From Octopus sinensis (taxonomy: Eukaryota): a stretch of 64,000 nucleotides of DNA. This document shows positions 54,502 to 64,000 of the stretch, piece by piece. Where the stretch lies: positions 38,254,001-38,318,000 of the forward strand of contig NC_042997.1 in NCBI RefSeq assembly GCF_006345805.1. The letters are read 5' to 3'. The position numbers and the translations under genes are program-made. The stretch's first letter is position 1. Each line of letters opens with the position of its first letter. The notes beneath the pieces are model-generated. The model was not told where the DNA came from and made no database searches. It saw only the letters and a list, made by a program, of their open reading frames with translations.

Positions 54502-55713
54502 AATGCTCATTAAACATATTTAGTATACTGTAGCAACTTGTGTCTTTTATTATTTGATAATTAACATGCGATTTGATCTTAAATATTAACCGCCTAAGTG
54601 TAAGTGGCTTTTTTGAGGGCACTGTAGTGTACTTATCAGAAGGATTTTTCTTGCGTACCTCTATATATCTAATTATTACCACAATTTGATATAATTGAGG
54701 TTAAGTCCAAATTTATTTCCTAGTAGCCTTAATGAGTTACTGATTACCTGTACTAGTTGCCTCCACTTAACTATAACCCGAAGCTACTTACTCTTTGACC
54801 GTTCCCTCTTGCATGTCATAATGTTAATCTGCAAAAGGATATGAGCGGCCCCGCACCACTTATATCGTTTTCTTCTCTCCCAGACCCTTTAGTTTTTCTC
54901 AATTATTTTTATTGATATATCCATTGTAGCGGTTTTAACTTGTGACCTCGGTTCAAATTATAACTGACAAATTGTAGAGACCACTGGACGTAGACCTTCG
55001 ACATTGTGGACCATAGGTGGGATTCTCGGTAATATTTCTGTGAGTACACTTTCTTAAGAATCTTACTATAATATTTCGGATACATTTTACTTGAGTTTAC
55101 GTCGTTAGCATAGGCACTGCCATTTGATAATAATGTTAGAAAGTTTTCTTGTATTAGTTTTTTATGTTCGATAACTTTTTTCATATGTTATAAAACATCT
55201 TCCCACTTCGATTCAATTGAAACTACACGTAAATAAATTTTAGTATTTCCTAAACCATTTCTAGTTCACTCTTTTACCTACGGACCTCGTAGCTCCTAGA
55301 TGGTAGATTATATGTTTTTAATATATTTGGCTTCTAGACTTCTAGACCTATAGGCCATGATTTATTCCTTCTTCCCTTTGTTTATATTGTATGCTCTTGT
55401 TTTTTTTTTTACTCAGATGAAGCTCCGTGCCTTAATTCGAATATCCAATGAAGGTGAAGAATTTTCGTATTATTTATAGATAGCGTTTGGCAACGAAAGC
55501 GGAAATGGCTGTAAGATTTGTTACATCACCTATTTGTAATGTCATGCTTTGTATTAAAATAAGCTATAAATGTGGTATAATCAATGTGTTTGTTAATCTA
55601 ATATTTTCTCCATATTCTGATTATCTGTATGTAAAAGTGTATATACATACATACCTACATACATGTATATATACATACATATATATATATAAATATTTAT
55701 ATATATATAAATT

Positions 55714-56282
55714 CATCATGGAAAATAACTTCTTCGCCTTCAACGACAACTTCTACCGACAAAAATCGGGGACTGCGATGGGTACGCGAATGGCCCCCTC
55801 CTTTGCCAACCTAGTCATGGGATATCTAGAAATCAGTCTGTATCGTAAGGTTCTAGAAATATATGGCAGCCCTTTCTCCCTCTACATAGAAAACAACTGG
55901 AAGAGATACCTAGATGACTGTTTCATTCTTTGGCATGAAAATATAGAGAAACTCAAAGAATTCCAAGGAATTTTAAATGGACTGGACGTAAACATCCAAT
56001 TCACGATGGAATATAGCCAGCAACAACTCCCGTTCCTCGACATCCTCATTAAGAAATCTAATAATGTAATAGAAACAGATATATACTATAAGCCTACAGA
56101 TTCAAAGCAATATCTTCCATTCAATTCATGCCACCCCAGACACACCAGAATGAATATCCACTTCAATCTAGCAAAAAGGATATGTACTATAATTTCAAAT
56201 GCAAACACCAGAGACACTCGACTACAAGAACTAAAAGATACCCTCATCACCAGGAACTACCCACCTTCACTTATTGACAAAC
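55714..56282 (+). mobile_element. Penelope-like element reverse transcriptase fragment (YLDD type)
   Basis: Within ORF 55487-56461: FYRQKSGTAMGTRMAPSFANLVMG, WKRYLDDCF, IQFTME, LPFLDILI, IYYKPTDSKQYLPFNSCHP. The ORF start comes from a microsatellite and its end from a SINE. Confidence 0.85.
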
Positions 56283-56313
56283 AAGGAAAATGCCACTTAT
56301 ATTTGAACACTAT

Positions 56314-56536
56314 CCCTCTTTTACCCTCTTTTACTTGTTTCAGTCATTTGACTACGGTCATGCTGGGCACCATCTTTCATCGAGCAACTCGACCCCGGGA
56401 ATTATTCTTTTGTAAGCCCAGTACTTATTCTATCGGTCTCTTTTGCCGAACCGCTAAGTAACGGGGACATAAACACACCAGCATCGGTTGTCAATCAATG
56501 CTAGGGGGACAAACACAGACACATAAACACACACAC

Positions 56537-56582
<46 letters not shown>

Positions 56583-56746
56583 CATATATACAACGGGCTT
56601 CTTTCAGTTTCCGTCTACCAAATCCACTCACAAGGCTTTGGTCGGCCCGAGGCTATAGTAGAAGACACCTACCCAAGGTGTCACGCAGTGGGTCTGAACC
56701 CGGAACCATGTGGTTGGTAAGCAAGCTACTTGCCACACAGCCACTC
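56314..56746 (-). mobile_element. SINE S1 copy
   Basis: Near-identical to the other S1 copies. Confidence 0.9.
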
Positions 56747-56800
56747 TTTAAAAAAAAAACTTTTCTATTAATTTTTCTAAATTTAATTATTTAATCGTTA

Positions 56801-56837
56801 CAGTTGAAGCGGTCTCAATTGACTGAAACCGGTACTG
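56801..56837 (+). ncRNA. Decayed type I hammerhead
   Basis: CAG-TTGAAGC-GGTC-TCAATT-GACT-GAAAC-CG-GTA-CTG. Confidence 0.4.
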
Positions 56838-57180
56838 AAATGTTCTTTATAAAATTATTTTAGCATTGACTTGTTTTTTCATATATATCAACTCGGGTGT
56901 TCGTTTTCATCCTTATACACACACACACATATATATATATATTATATATATATACACATATATATATATATATACATATATTTCGATAGGTAAATGAATT
57001 ATCCTATGTTTACCGTCAACATCGATGAACCGATACCAGGGTAGCAAATTCACGTCAGAAACACGGTTGAAGTGACTTATCCAAAGGTAGAAACTCCGGG
57101 TTCATGTGCAGAAATTTGTGTGTTATTTATGAATAAATAAATAAATGGAGTTGAACGAAGATGTTAACAAAATCCCTTTA

Positions 57181-57262
57181 CTCTCGACATATGTTTCGAA
57201 GACAACATGGTTTTATTCCAAGGCAATAAACGGTGTAAGATGCAATCTTCTCATCAGGAAAG
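57181..57262 (-). ncRNA. Type I hammerhead ribozyme, intact core
   Basis: CTTTC-CTGATGA-GAAGA..TCTTC-GAAAC-ATAT-GTC-GAGAG: stems I and II, palindromic minimal stem III and a GUC cleavage triplet. Confidence 0.75.
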
Positions 57263-57290
57263 AAAGGGAGCCTCTCTCGTAGTTTTTATA

Positions 57291-57372
57291 TTGTCCTGAT
57301 GAGAAGATTGCATCTTAGAACGTTTATTCCTTTGGAATAAAACCATGTTGTCTTCGAAACATATGTTGAGAG
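57291..57372 (+). ncRNA. Type I hammerhead ribozyme (mirror arm, short stem I)
   Basis: TC-CTGATGA-GAAGA..TCTTC-GAAAC-ATAT-GTT-GAGAG. Confidence 0.6.
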
Positions 57373-57467
57373 TAAAGGAATTTTGTTAACATCTTCGTTC
57401 AACTCCATTTATTTATTTATTCATATATAGGCATATACATACATGCGTGGATACATACATACATACA

Positions 57468-57499
<32 letters not shown>

Positions 57500-58488
57500 A
57501 ATATATATATATAAACGACAGGATTCTTTCAATTTCCGTCTACGAAGTCCACTCGCAAGTTTTTGGTTGGCCCAAGGGCTTCAGTAGAAAATACTCTAGA
57601 AAGTATGGAGTTGAATTTCGTATAGCCACCTGTTAGCAACGTTTTTCCCTCTCCCATTTTATTTTGTAGAGGGTATTACCCATTTTACGGGCTCTTTCCA
57701 CAGCTACATCCCGTTCGCTATTTGCATTTTAAAAAAAACGGGAAGAGATGGGGGATTGTTTGTAGTTTTTAGAGAAAACGTTAAACGTACCTGAAATAAT
57801 TAAAAAAGGCATAGAGATTTGCCCCACCTAAAAGAAATGAAGCACTATCAAACAAGGTGAATAAGTACTGTGTTGGGGCGAAGAGAAAACTAACTCTCGA
57901 TCCTTCTAGAACTCCCAGAATGAAAACCTAAACACCTGAAAGATTTTCTCTTCTATTCATTACTAAATCTCTTTCCCTCTTCATTGTTAAGAAGCTAGAA
58001 AAGATCGATCGTATTTCAGTCTAACTGAAATTTTAAATGACTGAGGCTTACTTTCCCGTGTCTCTATCGCTTCAGTCCTTTTCTCTACGGTTAAGAGAGA
58101 GAAGGTGCGTGACTAAGTGGTTAGGGGTATTCGGTCTACGATCGCAAAGTCATGTGTACGATTCCCGGCGGCGCGCTGTGTTCTTGAGCAAGGCACCCAA
58201 CTTCACCTTGCTGCAGGCCACTCAGCTGGTAAAAATGAGTTGTAGTTGTAATTGAAAGGGGCCAACCTTGTCACATTCTGCGTGACGCTGAATCATCCAG
58301 AGGTCTACGTTAATGGTATGCATGTCAGTGTAGTACTCAGCCACTTGCAAGTTAATTTTACGAGCAGACTGTTCCCTTGATCAGATAAACAGGAACCTCA
58401 TCGTCGTAACTGACGAAGTGCCATTTTTTTTTAAGAGGGAAAGAAAAGGAAATGTTTCATATCGTAATGCACAAATGACGTTTTTTTT

Positions 58489-58696
58489 TCTTTTACTTGT
58501 TTCAGTCATCTGACTGCGGCCATGCTGGAGCACCGCCTTTAGTCGAGCAACTAGACCCCAGGACTTATTCTTTGTAAGCCCAGTACTTATTCTATCGGTC
58601 TCTTTTGCCGAACCGCTAAGTAACGGGAACATAAACACACTAGCATCGGTTGTCAAGCAATGCTAGGGAGACAAACACAGACACACAAACATACAT

Positions 58697-58741
<45 letters not shown>

Positions 58742-58901
58742 TACGACGAGCTTCTTTCAGTTTCCGTCTACGAAATCCACTCACATGGCTTTGGTCGGCC
58801 TGAGGCTATAGAAGAAGACACTTGCCCAAGATGCCACGCAGTGGGACTGAACCCGGAACCATGTGGTTGGTAAGCAAGCTACTTACCACACAGCCACTCC
58901 T
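58489..58901 (-). mobile_element. SINE S1 copy
   Basis: Near-identical to the other S1 copies. Confidence 0.9.
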
Positions 58902-59379
58902 TATACATGTGTATAAGCAGTGAAAGCTAAGACGAAATAATTGTTATTCCGTCGAGTAGTTACTTCGCCCTCGACTCACGCTCAGTTTGGCAACAGTCTG
59001 CGTATCTGTGAGACCCACGAATGCCGCTGTTAGGACCGGATTGACACCCATAGTGATCCTAACGACTAAAAGATTCTCCGGCCCCTATACTGGATCTTTT
59101 TTCGCTTTCTTCCAAACACTTGGCGGTTTATCTTGCTCCACTCAACTGACCGAAATGAGCTGTACCAGTAATTCAAAGGGGCCAGCCATGTCACATTTTG
59201 TGTGAGGTTGAATCTCCCTGAGAACTACGTTAATGGTATGCATGTCTGTGGAGTACTCAATCACTTGCGAGTTAATGTTATTCTGGTGTGGTAATGAAAA
59301 GAGAAAAGGACATCCAATATTTGCTCTAGTTATTCGTCTTTGACTTACCAGTGTATCTACTTTTCTTTAGATGTTGTGT

Positions 59380-59860
59380 ATCAGTCTACTCACAAAATAT
59401 TTATAAACAATTAAAAACACGACATTTAAATACAAAAAAAGGAACGCCACCTTCCTTTCAGTCACCATTCACTGTCTCTATTACTTTCTCTTTTTCGCTC
59501 TCACTTCCTCTCTGTCCCTCCTCTGCTTTTAACTTAACAATGTGTATGTATCTATTTTTCTTTCGATCTATGTGTCTACTTTTCTTTTGATCTATGTATC
59601 CACTTTTCTTTTGATGTATGCATCAGTCTACTCTGATAATACCAATAAACATTTAAAAACGGGAAAACGAACACCACCTTCCTTTCAGTCACCACTCTTC
59701 GTCTCACTCATACTCTGTCTTTCTCTCTCACTTCCTCTGTGTCCTTTCCTTCTCTCCCGCTTTGCCACTCACTTCAAATATACCTCCCCTGCTTAAAACC
59801 AATTATTTCTCTTTTTTGTACCTTTCTCTTCAACCTTTTACTTCTTCCGCTGAAGTAAGT
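59380..59860 (+). repeat. Local ~240-bp diverged tandem duplication of a dispersed repeat also at 49560-49790
   Basis: TCAGTCTACTC...CCACCTTCCTTTCAGTCACCA occurs twice; CTCACTTCAA(A/G)TATACC..CTGCTTAA is shared with about 49690. Confidence 0.6.
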
Positions 59861-59934
59861 GTGACACACGCCACGTGTACAAAAAAAGTTGGCTTATTAA
59901 TATTATTGTTAGTATTAATAATTCTCTCCAATGG

Positions 59935-60136
59935 AGGCACAAGGCCTCGATTTTGGTGGGAGAGGACTAGTCGATTACATCAACCCCAGTGTTTCACTGG
60001 TACTTAATTTATCGACTCTGAAAGGATGAAAGGCAAAGTCGACCTCAGTGGAATTTGAACGCAGAACGTTGCAACGGGCGAAATACCACTAAGCATTTTG
60101 CCCGGCGTGCTAACGACTCTGCCAGCTCACCGCCTT
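59935..60136 (-). mobile_element. SINE S2 copy (diverged copies also at 21915-22070 and 60965-61100)
   Basis: Same core in reverse orientation. Confidence 0.8.
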
Positions 60137-60425
60137 AACAATAATATTGATGAACACCGAACAATATAGTAGAGGTAAAACCGTTTCTGCTGAGACTCCA
60201 AGCTTTATACCTGCAAGTAAATGTAATAGGAAATATGTGTAGATGCAATGTTGAAACTCACAACGCCATTAAGTGATAGTTTTGATCATCTGAGGTGTTA
60301 AAAAGCGATTCTAATTCCATAAATTTCTATGGACACTCTGACCATAGACGTATCTATGCAACGTCACAAGCGAAATATATAGAGACGTAAAATTAAATGT
60401 GTGAACTGTAATACACTATACTAAT

Positions 60426-60503
<78 letters not shown>

Positions 60504-61276
60504 CAAATTGATAGATAGACAGATAGATAGACAGATGGACAGACAGGAATGGTGATGCAAACAGGAAAAATAGAACTCAATATGTGTACATGTATATTTT
60601 TATTAACATTTAGCATAAGCAACAGGGCGGTTCAAGGTCCCATTTAAAGAAAAGACAAAATAACATAAATCCATAAACAAATATTGTCCAACAAGAATTA
60701 GAATTTCAATGAAGGACAGTGTTGTTGAAATTGGAGCCGTTAACAAGGTTAATAACGAAGAACCAGGAATGAAACTTTCGCATCATATGTCCTTCATGTC
60801 AACAACTGTTTATTGTTGAAAAGCGCATGTTAAATTTCAAATCCTTACATATATAGCAACGGAGTAAGCAATTTGAAAATAAAAATTAAAAAAACAGAGA
60901 AATATCATTAAAATGATTATTATCACCCTACAAATTAAATAACTTAAGCCCAGATAATATTGGCTTCACATTTTGGCACAAGGTGAGCAAGTTTGAGAGA
61001 GGGTAAAAAGTCGACTACATCGACCCCATTACCCGAAAGAATGAAAGGCAAGATCAACCTCGGCAGAATTTAAATTTAAATATAGAACGTAAAAAACGGA
61101 CGTAGTCCATAAAATATTAAGACAAATTAGGGTACTAAAAACACAATTATTGAATGTAGTCGAAAACCTTTGTTGCTAATTCATAAAATGGAATGTAAGA
61201 AAAACGTAAGAAATTTTGAGCCTGAAACTGTAAACAAATACATAAATTAAAGAAGATAAACTAATAAATATTACTA

Positions 61277-61441
61277 GGCGCAGGAGTGGCTGTGTGGTAA
61301 GTAGCTTGCTAACGAAACACATGGTTCCGGGTTCAGTCCCACTGCGTGGCATCTTGGGCAAGTGTCTTCTGCTATAGCCCCGGGCCGACCAATGCCTTGT
61401 GAGTGGATTTGGTAGACGGAAACTGAAAGAAGCCTGTCGTA

Positions 61442-61481
<40 letters not shown>

Positions 61482-61695
61482 TTTGTGTGTCTGTGTTTGT
61501 CTCCCTAGCATTGCTTGACAACCGATGCTGGTGTGTTTACCTCCCCGTCACTTAGCGGTTCGGCAAAAGAGACCGATAGAATAAGTACTGGGCTTACAAA
61601 GAATAAGTCCCGGGGTCGAGTTGCTCGACTAAAGGCGGTGCTCCAGCATGGCCACAGTCAAATGACTGAAACAAGTAAAAGTGAAAAGTGAAAGT
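61277..61695 (+). mobile_element. SINE S1 copy (full length)
   Basis: Starts GGCGCAGGAGTGGCTGTGTGG and ends in an AAAGTG tandem tail. Confidence 0.9.
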
Positions 61696-61914
61696 GATCC
61701 AACGATCTACAAGGAATATTTACAACTCGAAAACCTAATTATAATGAAGGAAACGTAAACTAGCGGTATAGCGCATCACCGCATTTATAATGTCCCAAAT
61801 TCTCTAAAAACACCACGGCATGGGAGGAGAATATTAAACTTATTCTTTAATTGTTGAAAATATATTTAAGCGAAGTTTTCTATTTTAAAAACACATCAGT
61901 ATTATAATATTGAC

Positions 61915-62295
61915 AAGGCTTTCTTTGTCTGTCTTTATGTTCTGAGTTACAATTCTGCCGATGTCGACTTTGCCTTTCATCCTTTCGGGGCCCAACAAAT
62001 TAAGTACCAGTTGCGTACTGGGGTCCATCTAATCGGCTGGTCCCCTTTCCGCAAAATTTCGGGCCTAGAGTAGAAAAGAATATTGACAAGGCGGAGTGCT
62101 GGCAGAACTGTTAGCATTCCGGGGGAAATGCTTCGTGGCATTTCATCCGTCTTAGTTTTCTGAGTTCAAATTCCATCGAGGTGAACTTACCCTTTCATCC
62201 TTTCAGGGATTGATAAAAATAAGTATCAGTTGAACACTGGTGCTGATGCAATCGACTTAGCCCTACCCAAAACATTATACCAAAATTTGAAACCA
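61915..62295 (+). mobile_element. Two tandem SINE S2 copies
   Basis: Core at about 61940-62020 and 62160-62245. Confidence 0.75.
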
Positions 62296-62445
62296 ATATC
62301 TTATAATTGACTAAAACACTGAAATAATAACGAATATACTAACATACGTAAACATTAACAACAAAATTTAGAACAAACTATAGGTCCCATGAAATAACAA
62401 CACTTTAACTATCACGCTAGTGATGTAGCGAAAGTGAAGTCTTAC

Positions 62446-62489
62446 CTCTTCTGTTAACCGTTGGTCACCAAGCAAAGACCTTTTGTAAT
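62446..62489 (-). CDS. Candidate 44-nt micro-exon downstream of the galaxin-like repeat exon
   Basis: Minus strand reads ttttttcatag|ATTACAAAAGG...GAAGAG|gtaaga; phase-1 translation is xYKRSLLGDQRLTEE. Confidence 0.35.
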
Positions 62490-63063
62490 CTATGAAAAAA
62501 TGTCCATTATTACTCTGGAACGAAAGTAACGTTGTACACACTAAGACACAATGATATATTACAATCTACAAATAAACAGCAAATCAACGGCATTACATTC
62601 AACACTAATTAAAACTATAAATTCCTACATCTAACTAATAGATCAAACTAGATATTACTGTTAAGATTTTCAAAATTTCACTTTTAAGTTATTAACTAAT
62701 ATCTTCGAAAGAAAAAAGAAACGTCATTAAATTAATTAAACGTTATTAAAAGAAACGTCTTAGAGGAATTCTAATTAGTACTCAGTGAAAGATGCATCAA
62801 GAAAATCAAATTACCAGTGATACAAATCACTAACTATGTGAATATCTAAATAGTTAACGAGTTGCCATTTCTCTTCGATTCAAGATCTGGATACATCTTC
62901 CGAAGAACTTATTCAAATAATCCCAGTTAGGAATTAAAATATTATCGTTACTTAATGCTTAATAAACTTAATTTCAATTGTACCGACATATTTAATTAAA
63001 GCATATGTGAATACAATCTTGAAATGTGATTGTGCAAATTGTCGAATTCAATAAACGAGTCGC

Positions 63064-64000
63064 TCAGAGGTTACACAAGGCACCATTACAACAATTGTGA
63101 TTGGCTTTGGGGTATATAATTAGGCCACAACATCCATGCGTGCCAGTGTTGTATACGTGTGGGTCACAACATGCTTTATCCGCTGTAGCGTAAATTTGAC
63201 CTGCACAGCATCCATGCGTGCCAGTGAAGTATACATGTAAGTTACAACATGCTTCCCCCAGTTTAATGTAAATTTGATCTGCACAGCATCCATGCGTGCC
63301 AGTGTCGTATAATTGTGAGTTACAACATGCTTTATCCACTTTAGTGTATATTTGACCTCCACAGCATCCATGCGTGCCAGTGGTGTATACGTTTCGGTCA
63401 CAACATGCTTTATCCGCTCTAGTGTAAATTTGACCTGCACAGCATCCATGCGTGACAGTGTCGTATAATTGTGAGTTACAACATGCTTTATCCGCTTTAG
63501 TGTAAATTTGACTTCCACAGCATCCATGCGTGCCAGTGTCGTATACTTGTGAGTTACAACATGCTTTATCCGCTTTAGTGTAAATTTGACCTCCACAGCA
63601 TCCATGCGTGCCAGCGTTGTATACGTTTGGGTCACAACATGCTTTATCCGCTCTAGTGTAAATTTGACCTGCACAGCATCCATGCGTGCCAGTGTCGTAT
63701 ACTTGTGAGTTACAACATCCTTTATCCGCATTAGTGTAAATTTGACCTGCACAGCATCCATGAGTCGTACGCGTGTATACATCATTTCCACAACAACCTT
63801 CAGCCAGAAAATTATATTTATTATTTACACAACACATTTCAACGAGCCGCTCGAATACTTGTTTTCCACAACATCCATGAGTCGCTTTGGTATATCCGTG
63901 TGTATCACAACATCCTTCAGTCAGAGTATCCACCGCGTTCGTTCCGCAACAGACAGTCGTTGCCGTAGGTTTCATCTGAATATTACCTTCGCAACATTTG
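63064..64000 (-). CDS. Galaxin-like Cys-Cys tandem-repeat protein, large exon, 5' end outside the window
   Basis: The 303-aa ORF has 23 CC pairs spaced about 13 aa apart, in a 26-aa/78-bp unit (THGCCAGQIYTxADKACCNSQVYDTG). The frame stays open upstream of the ATG (KCCEGNIQ-MKP) to the window edge. Di-cysteine repeats of this type are the hallmark of galaxins. Confidence 0.8.
   Translation of the reverse strand, partial: KCCEGNIQMKPTATTVCCGTNAVDTLTEGCCDTHGYTKATHGCCGKQVFERLVEMCCVNNKYNFLAEGCCGNDVYTRTTHGCCAGQIYTNADKGCCNSQVYDTGTHGCCAGQIYTRADKACCDPNVYNAGTHGCCGGQIYTKADKACCNSQVYDTGTHGCCGSQIYTKADKACCNSQLYDTVTHGCCAGQIYTRADKACCDRNVYTTGTHGCCGGQIYTKVDKACCNSQLYDTGTHGCCADQIYIKLGEACCNLHVYFTGTHGCCAGQIYATADKACCDPHVYNTGTHGCCGLIIYPKANHNCCNGALCNL

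Noticed and set aside
55487-56461. 324-aa ORF as an intact gene
   Set aside because: Chimeric: microsatellite start, internal RT fragment and SINE-derived end.
63150-63770. Regular repeats resembling a CRISPR array
   Set aside because: Contiguous in-frame coding repeats without unique spacers, in eukaryotic DNA.
63120-63791. 223-aa alternative-frame ORF overlapping the galaxin-like exon
   Set aside because: Shadow of a 78-bp tandem repeat that happens to lack stops in that frame; no independent evidence.

Overview
AT-rich, microsatellite-dense eukaryotic genomic DNA. The repeat complement (tRNA-derived SINE families, Penelope-like and mariner debris) is what I associate with Octopus/cephalopod genomes; this is recognition, not a database result. 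Host coding sequence is sparse. It comprises a Cys-Cys tandem-repeat galaxin-like exon on the minus strand that runs off the window end (63064->64000) and a probable plus-strand secreted paralog (signal-peptide exon 39257-39350, Cys-containing exon at 48609) that appears truncated. The rest is mobile-element debris: three SINE families, mariner/pogo relics, a Helitron, L1/Tx1, CR1/L2-like and RTE-like LINE fragments, and several Penelope-like RT remnants. Most notable: (1) about 15 intact or decayed minimal type I hammerhead-ribozyme motifs in many unrelated short elements that form fold-backs or tandem units beside (TA)n tracts, one with a junction exactly at the predicted cleavage site; (2) two ORF1-only retroelements stacked at the same 15-bp site inside a SINE head; (3) two Tx1-like LINE copies inserted in (GATA)n. 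Most short ORFs in the track are microsatellite or SINE artefacts. All coordinates and alignments were read by eye.
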